Origin: Tubiluchus corallicola | Taxonomy: Eukaryota > Animalia > Priapulida | Reading direction: 5' to 3' | Length of the DNA: 64,000 nt | Assembly: GCA_030141605.1 (NCBI GenBank) | Contig: JAQGDQ010000374.1 | Coordinates: 164,219 to 228,218, forward strand | Part shown: in pieces, positions 40,001 through 54,900 of the stretch | Layout: each line of letters opens with the position of its first letter | Position numbering within the stretch: the stretch's first letter is position 1 | Notes under the pieces: generated by a model | What the model was told of the DNA's origin: nothing | Seen by the model: the letters and a program-made list of their open reading frames with translations, nothing else | Databases searched by the model: none | Program-made: the position numbers and the translations under genes

Positions 40001-43000
40001 TCTGCAGGTTGGCTAGACATGATCTGCAGGTCGGCTAGACATGATCTGCAGGTCGGCTAGGCATGATCTGCAGGTCGGCTAGACATGATCTGCAGGTCGG
40101 CTAGACATGATCTGCAGGTCGGCTAGACATGATCTGCAGGTCGGCTAGACATGATCTGCAGGTCGGCTAGACATGATCTGCAGGTCGGCTAGACATGATC
40201 TGCAGGTTGGCTAGACATGATCTGCAGGTTGGCTAGACATGATCTGCAGGTCGGCTAGACATGATCTGCAGGTCGGCTAGGCATGATCTGCAGGTCGGCT
40301 AGACATGATCTGCAGGTCGGCTAGACATGATCTGCAGGTTGGCTAGACATGATTTGCAGGTTGGCTAGACATGATCTGCAGGTCGGCTATACATGATCTG
40401 CAGGTTGGCTAGACATGATCTGCAGGTCGGCTAGACATGATCTGCAGGTCGGCTAGACATGATCTGCAGGTCGGCTAGACATGATCTGCAGGTTGGCTAG
40501 ACATGATCTGCAGGTTGGCTAGACATGATCTGCAGGTCGGCTAGACATGATCTGCAGGTCGGCTAGGCATGATCTGCAGGTCGGCTAGACATGATCTGCA
40601 GGTCGGCTAGACATGATCTGCAGGTCGGCTAGACATGATCTGCAGGTTGGCTAGGCATGATCTGCAGGTTGGCTAGACATGATTTGCAGGTTGGCTAGAC
40701 ATGATCTGCAGGTCGGCTATACATGATCTGCAGGTTGGCTAGACATGATCTGCAGGTCGGCTAGACATGATCTGCAGGTCGGCTAGGCATGATCTGCAGG
40801 TCGGCTAGACATGATCTGCAGGTTGGCTAGACATGATCTGCAGGTTGGCTATACATGATCTGCAGTTCGGCTAGACATGATCTGCAGGTTGGCTAGCATG
40901 ATCTGCAGGTGGCTAACATGATCTGCAGTCGGCTAGACATGATCTGCAGGTTGGCTAGACATGATCTGCAGGTCGGCTAGACATGATCTGCAGGTCGGCT
41001 AGGCATGATCTGCAGGTCGGCTAGACATGATCTGCAGGTTGGCTAGACATGATCTGCAGGTTGGCTATACATGATCTGCAGTTCGGCTAGACATGATCTG
41101 CAGGTCGGCTAGACATGATCTGCAGGTCGGCTAGGCATGATCTGCAGGTCGGCTAGACATGATCTGCAGGTTGGCTAGACATGATCTGCAGGTTGGCTAT
41201 ACATGATCTGCAGTTCGGCTAGACATGATCTGCAGGTTGGCTAGGCATGATCTGCAGGTCGGCTAGACATGATCTGCAGGTTGGCTAGACATGATCTGCA
41301 GGTTGGCTATACATGATCTGCAGGTCGGCTAGACATGATCTGCAGGTCGGCTAGGCATGATCTGCAGGTCGGCTAGACATGATCTGCAGGTTGGCTAGAC
41401 ATGATCTGCAGGTTGGCTATACATGATCTGCAGTTCGGCTAGACATGATCTGCAGGTTGGCTAGGCATGATCTGCAGGTCGGCTAGACATGATCTGCAGG
41501 TTGGCTAGACATGATCTGCAGGTTGGCTATACATGATCTGCAGTTCGGCTAGACATGATCTGCAGGTTGGCTAGGCATGATCTGCAGGTCGGCTAGATTT
41601 CTTTCTGAATTCAGAACTGTTGTTTCTAACTTGTGAGTTTCTAACTTTGTTTTGTGTAAATTTGCATAATTTTATTAACCATAATTGTTTGCTATTAATT
41701 TAATTTTGATCTGTTTTCCTATTCTATTCTTTATTTTGTTCTAACAATATTTGCTCGCCTTGCTGAAATTAGTAAACTCACTATTTAGTGCTGGCAGACT
41801 AGATGACCTTTTGGTCTTTCACCATCCTGTCCTTCTGTAAACTTTGTAACTCGTTGTTATATACTATCTATGATTGTTATTCTGAAGGCAAAAAATAAAT
41901 TATTATTATTGTTATAAGTCATTTGAATCAAGGCTAAAAGTGTTAGTTACAAAATTATCTTATTTCACTGAGTGAAGGTACATTCAGTTTAACTGGTCAT
42001 CAGATTGTTTGAAATTCTGTATCAAATGCACATAATCTTACTGTGCGCACTTTGCTGTGCTCATTTTTCTGTGCACAATTTACAGAAATGCGAAGGTTTG
42101 TAATTAAGAAACTCGAGTGAGTTTAGTTTTTGCAAAGATTAATTGAAAAGTAACAACACAATTCAGTAGTTTAGCTGAACTAAAGGAAAACCGGATGATT
42201 GTGTAAACACGTGTTCAGAATAAAGAATGCTCTAAAATATTGAAAACTACAACAGCTTTTTTTAAATCAAAGCTTAGATTAAATAATAATCTCTTCGGAT
42301 AGTTAAATTTTGTTAAACTTTCAAAGCAACGCCCGGTTTAGGGAATCCACTAAGACTGGCAATGATGCTGCCTTTTTATCACACTCACCTGCCCGACAAA
42401 TAAGCACTCTACAGTGATAAGCATGATCATGAACTGCAGTGTTAGTCTGTGATAGCAGTGTGACATAGAGTTCATTTTCGTGACATCTCATGAGCGTCTT
42501 ATAGCAATCTTCACTTATGCAAATGTGCTTGATGTGCAGGGAAGATGCCTGCCATTGCACAAACTGTAGTTAGTTGCTATTAACTAACTTTCCACGGTAA
42601 TTATTCAAATATTACAAACAATTGCTAACTTTTATAACCAAGAAAATGTATAACTTGGACAGTAAATTAAGATAAGTTTGAGTCTTATCAATCCTCCGGT
42701 CTTCCTTTAGGTTAGAGGAGTGTTTTCATGAATAAGCTAATAATTTAACAATATCTTCTGCAACTCACTTATCTTCTTTAGACATCGACACCTTAATAGT
42801 TTTCTACCTAATGGCTCAAAGGTCGTAAACTATTTAAATTATTAAGAATTTTTTCAGTAATAAAGTCTGTAGTGTCCAGGGATTTATGCTTCTTGTACTT
42901 GGCAACCATCCACACTGTCGCATTAATGTTAGTCTTGCTAATAATTGCACGAATTTCTTTAAACAAGCTTAAATGTTTGCTGATTTTTCCGTCTGAGATA

Positions 43001-45688
43001 ATTAAAGTCGCACAAAATTGCTATCTGTGAGATGATTTGCAAAAATTTAGCTAACCGAGTTCTGAGAATGGAGGTCGTAATCGTCTCACTGCTCAGAGTC
43101 AAATGTCCGGGCTTGATTTGAATCTCGTCGTGTCTCACCATTGTTGCAATGTAAACACGCAAGTAATTAAGAATGATGCTAATGATTCTTTTACTTTTCA
43201 AATTTATACGGCGAACCTCTGGTATAAGGTACTCACTTATAAGGGACCACCAACACCGGTCCCGATTTTTTGTAACGTTTTTCCTATGTAAAAGTCTTCG
43301 TATATAAGCTACTCGCATATAAGGGACTTTCGGTTAGAAGGGACGATACCTTCAGGTCCCGTGTAATAGAAACCCAGGTAAATTATCTCACATATAAGGG
43401 ACCCTATGATCAAAGCGAAATTGATCTATTTTTAACCTTAATTTTTCGCAAACTCAACCTTCAAACAGCTCGGTTTCCACGGTCACATACATCTCGCATC
43501 ACAGAAGGAGCTTCTTACATACCGTTTCCACTGAATGTGTAACAATAATCCATAAAAATATGGGTAAAAGTACAGAAAAGTACAAGTCTAGATACACCCT
43601 CGTTCTGACTTAACTTCGGCTATAAGGGACATCGGATATAAGGGACGGTTTTTTCTGGTCCCGAGGTGTCCCGTATATCCAAGGTCGACTGTATTCACGA
43701 AACATCTCGAGTCTCTTCAAGCTTCTACAATGACTTCATTGGCTGATTTTGTTCAACGCTGAAAGCCAGTTTTTGTCAGTTTATTTTTTTGCGTAAAACC
43801 CGTCGTTATAGTTTACATTATTTTTCTTAGCATTTTTAGTATTACATAATTCAAGCATTTTAATATTAAATGCGGTTCCTGCAAGAAAATATCAAACTCA
43901 TACTTTAACCTCGTCTTTATTGATTTGAATAATTTTTGTTTGTTGTAAATGCTTAATGGGTAACATTGATGTAGGTGATTTTTTTATTTATCGTTGTTAC
44001 TAATAATTATATAATATCACTAGTTATCAAGTGACACAAAGGAATGACAATGAAAGCATTGTTTGTTTTACATGAAATAACCCAGTTAAAAATGTTGTTA
44101 TTGTTCTTATGATTGTGATTACACAATACAATGACAATGAAAGCATTGTTTGTTTTACATGAAATAACCAAGTTAAAAAATATTATTATTGTTCTTATGA
44201 TTATGACTACACAATACAATAAGCATTCTAGAATAATGACTTCTTTCAATCTCCTTTCATATCTTACTCAGTCCACATCTAGGAAGATATTATTCATTTA
44301 AAGGCCAGTTGTTAACGAGTACAATATTGCTTTATGGAGTGGTTGTACTTGATCACATAATACTGTAAGAAAACTAATGAAAGTTGATATCAGACAGATA
44401 TCAACTTATTGCAGTGTGTGTTGCTCCAGCTAAATCAAATTTAGATGTAACGCATTTTAGATTACATCCTATGCTGGACACTCAGTTCCTGTTTCAATCA
44501 TCACCCATAATACTTATACTAACAATTTCTTGGAAAGATTTGTAAGCCACACAGAATTCATATGAGTTGACCTATTTTCTCCACACTCAAGTCCAAAGAG
44601 CTATTGTCTTCTATGTGATGCATTTGACCGGTAGACAAAGTTTGCTGTTTTGTAGTGAAAAGTTGTCCTTCAGTCATCAACAAATTTGAAGCTTCCTACT
44701 TATGTGACACATTTTTGTGCCCTAATATTTATGTCATTGTCATCAAAATGGCATTGTATTCTGCACCATGTATGGTATCACCATTCGTTCTGCACCATTA
44801 GTCTATGGAGTCTTACAGTAATTTTCACAAACGTTTGACTTTTACGTGGCACTAGATTACATTACATTACATTACTTTTACATTACTGCAGAATTGATTG
44901 TATAACATTTCAATCCAGTCTTTCACATGCTTGTAATCTCCACTCTTCATACCTCCTCTCCCTTCGTATGATTATCTTACTCGTGTAATCTTGCTATCTC
45001 TTCCTTTCATCATCAACAGTCTCATTACAGTCACATTCGTAAATCTGGTCGTGTAATTAGAATTTAATTGTTTTTTTTCTATCTAAGGTACCGTCACTGT
45101 ACGTATCATTGTCTTCAGCTTCTCAGCGCCAGAATTCTCGTCTTTATGTGCCAATGGTCAAAAGTCCAGGCCACATTGGTAACCGGTGGCCATTTAAAGA
45201 CAGTTGTAGCTGCACTAGACTCGACGCATGATCCGGTAAGTTCTGTTGCCATGCAGGTGCGTACCAGCATCGATTATTAGTACTGTAAAATATACAAGTG
45301 GCTTGTACTCTTCTTTTCAAATTTGTTTTTGTTGTGACTTGTGCTATAATTTCTGTGTAGCAGCACAGATTACTAACTTTATGTGATGACTGCATGTTGT
45401 GTGTAGGCAGCATAACTAATACTCTTAGTAGGTAACTATTTAGAGCAACATGTTACTATGTTCTTATTAGCAAATCATGGTTGGCATATTAGCCTGCAGT
45501 CAAAATACCAAATGACCGAAGGGAAGAATGCACTTCTTGTTTAAATACGGAAGTGTTGTTTTAAGACTTGTTTTAATCAATAAGAGTAATAGTGCCCTAG
45601 GGTCTGAAATATTAAGATAGATTATTGACAGAAGCTCACTTTCCTCGTACAGCGTCACTGAATGGAAAACGTGAGCACAACTTAAATC

Positions 45689-45783
<95 letters not shown>

Positions 45784-45839
45784 GGAGAGAGAGAGAGAGA
45801 GAGGGAGCGAGAGAGAGAGAGAGGAGAGAGGGAGAGAGG

Positions 45840-45902
<63 letters not shown>

Positions 45903-48900
45903 GTGTTAAAAACTGTTTTTGTTTTAGCAATGGTTGATTTCACCCCTCGCTCGTATTGCAGCTGAACACTTCGGTTACCGATCAACAAATTGTCGTTTTA
46001 ATCTTTTGAGAGAAGTTGTTTTTAGATGCAAAATTTCCGCATTGCTTATCGTATTTGTGACAAGCATTCTGCAGTTCTTTATAATGAATGCGAGTTTAAG
46101 CACACCCAGTTGGCCGCAGCGCCGTTAAAAGATTCCCTGCAGCTGTTTCAGGAAAGAAACTCCTGTGGGAAAACCTGCGGGAAGTAGGCTTTTCCTAGAA
46201 GTGTAAACAAACCAACTTCACATGCAGAAAAACTGCAAGACTTGCCTCAAAAACATTGCAACAATCGAATAATAAGCCTTCTCACAGTTCCAGCGATTGA
46301 TGATGATCGCGAAAAGGTGAAAGGTTAAATGTACCAGGCAACACATTTGTGTACACTTGGCAATGCCTCGCAGCCCAAGCTACTGTAATAGTAACAATTT
46401 TAACAGTTAACTAGAACCTTACCTTGTTTTTTCTTGTTCCTAAACAAGATTCTGCTACTAAGTCACTCTATACACAGACTAATGCATAATTAAGTAAAGT
46501 CCACGTAAAGCAACTGAAGTTATTAAACTGATGCGGCAGACGGCTTTGCTTTGCACATGTGACAGTTGTCGTTAAGACACGTTGCTGTGGAACGCTTAAC
46601 CTTTGACCTGCAACAATTAATATTATTATTATAAACTTAACAGTAAACATTTTACCATTAATTTGAGGTGACATTCGAACGAATTCTGGCCATTTAGTGG
46701 CGAGAAACATTTTCAGCAGACAACCGTCCGTCCGTTTCATTTTCATTTAGTGCAAAGTCTAGACTAGCTGAGTATTTTTTTTGTGATTTTAGCTGTTTAC
46801 CTTCCTGGTTTGAGCTCCACTCTGTCCCTTTAATTCATTATGCCTAACTTTGTCACAAATATTATTTCACGGTATTGGTTCTATAATTTCGTAAAACGGT
46901 CTTCAATATTTAGCAAGCATTTATGATCTTAGTATAAAGAAACTCAAACTTTAATGAATTTGTTAATCAAACAAACCATTAAGAATAAAGTGTTCTTGAT
47001 ATGCTGAGACTAGAAATATGGTGTTTTGCACATATCCAATCTGCTTTTCTCATTTTTCTGGCTCTCGCTTAGTGGTGCTACCTGGTGTTGAAAATTGTTC
47101 AATACTCCAAATGCAATGTTAACAAACTTGAAATGGTAACAACTTCTGTTTGTATATTTGGAATGCAAAAATGGAATATTTCGATACATTTACACTTTTG
47201 CTGATAATCTTCCGATATGTATGATAAACTTTTTTCCACCTTTATGATTTTTTTCTTTTGCGGCTCGCACTTGCATCTAGTTTAAATTATGTCAGAGTTT
47301 CAATAACGGGAATCTTTTTCTTTTGCGGCTCGCGCTTGCATCTAGTTTAAATTATGTCAGAGTTTCAGTAGCGGGAATCTTTTTCTTTTGTGGCTCGCAC
47401 TTGCATCTAGTTTAAATATGTCAGAGTTTCAATAGTGGGAATCTTTTTTCTTTTGCTGCTCGTGCTTGTATCTAATTTAAATTATGTCAGAGTTTCAATA
47501 GCAGGAATCTTTTTCTTTTGCGGCTCATGCTTGCATCTAGTTAAAATTATTTCAGACTTTCAATAGCAGGAATCTTTTTCTTTTTCAGCAACTTCTTTGT
47601 TTTGTGCTCCAATGTCTTTCAACCGTAGCACTAAATCCGCTGTACCATGCAGCTCTGAACGAGTCCGAAGTAGCAGAGGAATTAGTCACATTGATATTGC
47701 CTTCCGATGAGTGGTTTTATACAAATCATACTACAAAGTACGCCAAGTGTGTGAAGCATCATGCTGCTCGCATACTTGTATGTTTAGGAATGCATCAGGA
47801 GATCAATGGACGCGTATACTTGTTTGATAACTTAGGTAAGTTCGTGGTGCCGTGTCATATTTCTAAAGATGTGACCTTGGCTTTTATTGTTATTAATGCA
47901 AATTTAATTGTTTGCTTTTGCCAGAAAAACTTCTGCAAGAGTTAATATATTTAAATCTGCTGTTAGTTGGATGGAGGATATTTGATTGTGCCATATGCAC
48001 ATCACATATCTGACTGTTGATGATGCTGTTGTCTTTAGTTATGAGTTGCAATACTTCGAACTACAAGCTCTTACAAAAATAAAAATTTTATGGTTGAGTG
48101 GGCCACATTCAAGGAAAGGTTTTTCATTTTAGTTTTGCATCCTTCTTGCAGATTATTTGTTGACTCACTGAGACCAGCTCTGAATTTTTTAAAGGAAAAC
48201 CGGATGATCGTGTAAACATTAGTTCAGAATAAGGAATGGTCTAAAATATGGAAAACTACAATAGCTTTTTTATGTCAAAGCTTAGATTAAATAATAATTG
48301 CCACGGATACTCAAATTTCATTAAGCTTTCAAAGCTACACGCAACTCAGTGAATCTAGTAAGATTGGCAGTGGTGCCTTTTTGTCACATTCTGTGGCCGT
48401 CACATTGACGGCGGTACCGTGATAAGCATGATCACGAACTATTGTGTTAGTTTCTGACGGCACATGATGTAAAGTACATTTTTCATAACATCATGCATTT
48501 AAACAGTACTGTAATACCTACGCAAACATGCTTTATGCGAAAGGGAAGATGCCTGCCATTACACAAACTGTGGTTAGTTTCTGATGTTAGCAATAGCTGT
48601 GTTTGGTTGCCGTTAATTAACTTTCTAACCTAATTATTCAAATTTAAGAAACAATTGTTAACTTTTATCGGCAAGAAAATGCATATTTTGGACAGTAAAC
48701 TAAAATGAGACTGAGTCTGAGCAATCATCCGGTCTTCTTTTAATGAGTGGTGACAGTCTTACGTTTCACAGAACAAATAAGATCATCGTAACTTCATAAT
48801 GTGGTGAAGACACTTTAAGACAGTTAAATTAACATGAGCAATGTTTACTTTTTGCATTTGTAAATAGATGCGTTTTTTAAACTTTTTAGAATGGGAAAAT

Positions 48901-51900
48901 TACCTGCCCAGATGACCTTTTACTCAGGCAAAAATCTTTTAAAGCTCATCTATGAGACATATTAAAGTTTATTTGTTCTGTGATTTTGCTGCATAGAAGG
49001 GTGCTGATGTAAAAATAAACAGCTAGTTTAGGTGTAAAAATGATAATAATGTGTAAAAGTAAAGTCTTGTCCAAACCGTTTTGAGTACAAAGTGTGAATC
49101 CGCTGATGAATTGAAATGGTAAACTTACATTTCAGAGGAAGACAACACAACATTATCACAGAGTACAGAAGATACATATATAGAAGCGGTGTGTATGGGT
49201 TGCCATAGAGTGCCAAGCTATGCTGGTGATACTGCCAAAGCTTTAGGACCTGAAGGAGTCGTATTGGAGTTGGTTCATTTTCTGGAGGTAAGTGAAAACT
49301 TTTATTATTTTTTTTTTATTTTACACTTCAGAAAGTGCAGTAAAATTACATTGCGAACATTCACTGTTTAGTGTATGCAGTTTGTGAAAGTTATTTGTGA
49401 AGTTGAACAACACTAGATTGCATGTTTGCACAAAAACTGAAACACTTTTATTGCACTAAATACACAGTAAAATGCACAAGTAAAATGAAGATCACAACTG
49501 CTGCACAGCACTGAGTGTGTGACAGAGAGACAGTGTGTCCCACGAGTTGCACGACTGCACTGTCTGAGACAGAGAGTGACTAGCAGTGAAATCTAGCCAG
49601 TTTATATAGGTAGAGAACTATGCAAAAACTTGGCTTCACATATCCCATTACAGTGAAATAGGGGAGATACAGTGAGTTTGAATATTCACTGGACCGAACA
49701 ATTGTAATAAGGGGTGAGTTGAACTAGTAAATGTTAAAGTAACTAAGCAATAGATGGCAGCACCTAAAATATACAGTTACAACTTGCACACAGTTATTAG
49801 GTATTGCAAATACCAATTATCATGATGTCAAAGGTAAGCTAAGATTAAGATAAAGCGTTCAATTAGTTTGAATTGCTTTAGTGAGTAATCTAACATTTGA
49901 AATGATGTATTTGTGTCCAGCTTTACGAGCTCTACTTTGAACTGCCTTGATAACTGGGAAAACGATGACCTAGTGTTCTAAGGTGTCTGCCTTGTAAACA
50001 GAAAGTCCTTGGTTCAAATCCAGGCTATTCCAACAATTTTACATTTTCTGTCTTTCAAGTTTGTCAAAGTGTCTATTAAAGTGAAATTGTCTTTACCAGT
50101 TAAATCCTAGTAAAACTTTACACTTTTCAGTTACGTGACTATTTGACAAAATCACATTTGTTCTCACTTCCCAGAAAATTTTTCTGGATAATTTTTTATT
50201 AAACGGTCTTAAATTGGCATCAGCACTTTTATAACCAGAAATTACCTACTAATTGCTTAGATCATTAACTGTGTGCAAGTTCTGTAGCATTCTGTTACAA
50301 AAATGCTAAGTTCTGTAGCATTCTGTTACAAAAATGCTAAGTAATTATTAGTTTTTGAAACAAGAATTTTCGTGGCTGTTTATACTGCAGCTTGATTTTA
50401 TCTTTGTACAGTTGTATATTCATTTATTATAATGTTTTGTGCTTTTTTGACAAAACAAATTTTGAATAAAGTAAAAAGGAAACCTCTAGCACAGGGGTGT
50501 GCAAATTATCTGACTAGCCGGTCCACATTAAACTTTCCCGCAATTCCTGTGGGCCACATGCAGCTTGGTCAAGGAGTCAAGTACAGTAGGACCTAATAAC
50601 AATTTTTTTCCATCTGACCTGCGTACATCATTACTACTGCACTACTACACTCAAGAAACTATTTTAGAAGTTATTAAAATTTATATTAAAACCATATATT
50701 TCATCATGTCCGACAGTGACATTAAGTGACAACGGTTAATGCCATCCAATCTAGAGGAAAAAACTACCCGCACTATCTTTGCGATATTGGCGCAGACTTC
50801 AGCTAGATCGCATGGGCCGCACTTTCATTACGTTGACAAACCTCTTCGCGGGCCACACAAGATCCCTCGGCGGGCCGCAAGTGGCCCGCGGGCCGCAGTT
50901 TGCACACCCCTGCTCTAGCATGTGCACTTAACATGTGGCAATTTTTTAATAAGGTATTGCATGTCTTACTACTATTTAACTACAGTTTTGTATTTATGAA
51001 TAGGGCAAAATATCTGCTAAGTTGGTCTTTAATATTGCTCAAGTACTTCTTAGTGCGTGTAAGTAAGTCATTTTTTCAGGAAGACATAACCGGTTACGAA
51101 TTGAGTAGAACATTTAACAATTAACGTGATGCCACTTTATTGTTCTGCAGTTCAAACAAGCCTTTCTTGTTGTAGTAGTTTTACTTTGAAATGTTAGTGA
51201 ATAAGCCCTTTCACTGTTCCAGCTATTGACAATGATTGTGAAAAGGTTAAGTGTATCAGACAGCGCCTTTGTGTACACTTGACAACATCTCGCAGCCCAA
51301 GCTATTGTAATAGTAACAATTTTAACAGTTAACTAGAACCTTACCTTATTTTTTCTTGTTCCTAGGCAAGATTTAGCTAGTAAGTCACTCTATACACAGA
51401 CTAATAATAAAGTCCACATAAAGCAACTGAAGTTATTAAACTGATGCGGCAGACAGCTTTGCTTTGGACATGCCATATAACGGTTGTAGTTAAGACGCGT
51501 TGCTGTCGTACACTTAACTTTTGACCTACAACAAGATTCTGCTAGTAAATCACTCTGTGCACAGACTAGTGCATAATTAAGCAAAGTCCATGTAAAACAA
51601 CTAAAACAACAGACGGCTTTGCTTTACCCACACATCATGTGACAGTTGTAGTTGAGAAGGTGTTGCTGTGGTAGACTTAACCTTTGACCTACAGCGACTG
51701 CGTGTGCACAACGAACTGTGAAAAGGCTTTAGTAGTTGTTCTGCCACCTTTTAATCGTAGTTTCTTTTTCGTACAAAATGTTTTAACTTGAGGAAACCTA
51801 AGCTCTTCCGTCTGTTTATCAGATGAACGTTTTTTTGCAGAAATACACAAAGCGGAAAATGGGCGATGATGAAGCGCCGCATGACAAAGGCAATTTGGAA

Positions 51901-54900
51901 GAATTGCTGGAACATTTTCTGTTATGTATGCCTGTGGCACTACATCCGCTGATCCTTGTACGGTTGCTTCAGCACTGCCTTATCGGAAAGATTAAGAAGC
52001 AGCGATCTAACGACTACCGAGCCGTGCAAGCCCTGGCCAACAACCAGAAAGAAAGACAACCCAAGCAGAGTGTGACGCTAAATTGTCAGAACGATTTGAA
52101 CAGCAAACCTGAATTGTCACCTAAACGAATGCACATCAGCACGCACACCGCAGTTAGTCAAATCGGAAAGAGCCTGCTATCGACTGTCACGCCGTCTGGC
52201 GAGATTGGCTTGAACAATTTAAGGTGGGGCAAAGGGAAGAATTCATCCATGGAAAGGTTGAATAGTAAGAATGAGCTGGCATCCCCGATACACCCACGCA
52301 CCGCCTCCCGACTGTTTGCCAACTGGGGAAGCTTCAAGAGAAAACCGGAGTCTAAATCACAGGTAACGATTTATTATGACTTATAAATTTAAGGGATAAA
52401 TCCGTTAAATCCATCAATTTATCACTTGCAATTTAGTATCGTTTGCTTCTGGATACTGTTTAAAAATTGGAAACCAATTCAATTTTATTTCGAGTAAGTT
52501 TGACGTTAATTTCATTGCTGATCTGGACTTACCTATTCCAAGCTTTATTGATCGATCCAATTTTAGTTCATTAGTGTATTAGTATTATTCTGAATGAGTC
52601 GGTGAGACTTAAAGGGAAAGTCTACTAAGAAGTGGTCAGACCCGCTCTAATCTATGAGCTGGAAGCAGCTTCTCTAAAGAAGACCGAAGAGAAGAAAATG
52701 GGTGTGGTGGAGATAAGGATGTTGAGATGAATGGTGGGAATAACAAGAAGAGATAAAATTAGAAATAATAATATCAGAGGAACAGTAAAAGTAGTGGAAG
52801 CTTCGCAAGATTGCGATGGTATGGACACCTGAAAAGAAGAGTCGGTGAAGATCATGTGGGAATTGAAGAGATAAATGAAGAGATGGTCAACAACAGGAAT
52901 GCATGGAGAAGACTCATTCACAACGGTGACCCTGAATAGGGAAAAGCTGGGAAGGAGAAGAAGAAGTGTATTAGTATTATTCTGCATCAAAATGTGCTTA
53001 TACCTATCATTATTCCACAATACAAGATTTTATGGCTTACCAATCTAAATCAATGCTTTCCTAACTTTGTTGACTGTTTATTCTTTTTAAGGTAAACATA
53101 TCAAGACCAAGTGTATCAGATGATGACGATGTTGACACGGAAATACAAGACATAATCCGTTTCCAACATGACATTGTTCATCTCTCTGCTGTGCCCTCTG
53201 GCGGCAACCGGTTGAAGCTACGACGTACAAGTTCTCTACCAAAGCTGGCTGCAAATTTACACATAGACCTTATCAAGCCTTGTCGTTCTCCGTACATATC
53301 AGATGAGCATATTGTGAGTTCGGATACCTCGGTTCTGCTGACGTCTTCCAAAGCTCTGACTCCAGGTTCCGAGAGCATCAATTCCCCGAGTTTGACATCT
53401 CAGAGTGCCATTTCCACACGTCGTGAAAGTTCTGTATCCCTTCTGAATGAAATGCCAACTTTGCACAGGTATGGTTACTTAATTTTGCACTTGTTGAAAC
53501 TATTTACCCACCTTTACCGAAACATTGCCTTTCAGTGAAGATTGTTTGCAATCAAAATTCCTTCCAGTTACGGATAGTGCATTGTATTGTCTGTCTTTCT
53601 GTTTGGAATACATTGTTCCCTCGCTACTTCGCGGTTCGTTTATCACGGACTCGCCTGTTTCATGGGTTTTCAAAAATATTAATGTAAGATATTTATTGCG
53701 GTACTTTCGCTGTTTTGCGGGTTTTTGCGGTACTCCATCTAAAGTATTTTTGCACATGTGTAGTACGTATTGTACAGTAATGTATAGATTTGGTGAATTT
53801 TGCATAAAAAATCCCAAAATGTGTAAAAATATTTTAAAAATATTAATTCTAATATTAAAAGAATGTTATAAATCATAAAAAATTACCATTTACACCAAAA
53901 ACGAAATGTAGTACTTGCGCCCGCTTGAGATGCTACTTGCCGGCGTGAAATTGTACGAAACACACTATTAGTTGATTAATAGAAAGCGATTAAAAGGTAC
54001 GTGTACAGTATGGGAAAACTTATTAAGGGAATGGGAAAGGGTTATGTATCAGAGTGTGGGGCGGGTTTATAAAGACTTAAAATATAATGTATAACTACTA
54101 AAATAAGTATGGAGTCCCTACTTCGCGGAAATTCACTTATCGCTAGTGGGCCTGGAACGGAACACCCACAATAAGTGAAGGAACACTGTAATCTTATTGG
54201 TTGACAAAGCAATGGCTTGTCCCAGTGTTTCCTACAATAGAGATGTTAATGTATTATGTGGTTTTGACTACTACCAATGATCTTTGATGCTGAAATATTA
54301 ATCATAAATACAGCAATATTATATTGGGCCTAACAATGTAATATGTAGTTAATTTCGCATGGAGAGGTCAGGCAGAATCTGTCGACATTTTTATAAGACC
54401 ATTATGGAAATAATCAACAGGTGAACATAATGTCAGCAGACAACCTACCCAGAAACAGTTCTGGGTAGTTCTGGATTTTTTTATGAGGCAGTTTTTGCCT
54501 TGAAACTCTTCCACGATATGCACAGATGTTTAAGGATGAGTTTACATAGACTGTACGTTTGTGTCTGAGAGCTTACGTTTTATGCTAATCTGTATCGACG
54601 ATGTTCGACCATGATGCTTTTACTGCTGCTGTCTTATTAATCAGTCCCCAGGTGTCACTGTTGCGAGCTATCTCTCTAGGGGCTCTAATTACACGTGATA
54701 AATGGTTGCTGTGTAGGTGTAATTTTACTTAAGTAGGTAATTTTGGCTTCACCAAACTTCATAATGTATGTTTTATGTTGCTGTCATTATTGTTATTACA
54801 GTCATTTTTGCCTGTTTACTTTTGTGTACGCTGCATAACCTAACGGTAAGTGTGAAACTAGGAATTATAGTTTGTAATTTACGTATTTCTGAAAATTTAT

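Noticed and set aside
4790-41597. Tandem arrays as CRISPR candidates (4790, 13332, 21643, 39929)
   Set aside because: Units are contiguous with no unique spacers, there are no cas genes, and the context is eukaryotic.
33748-45988. Poly-L/Y/H and ER/SL ORFs at 33748-34109 and 45500-45988
   Set aside because: Translations of microsatellites.
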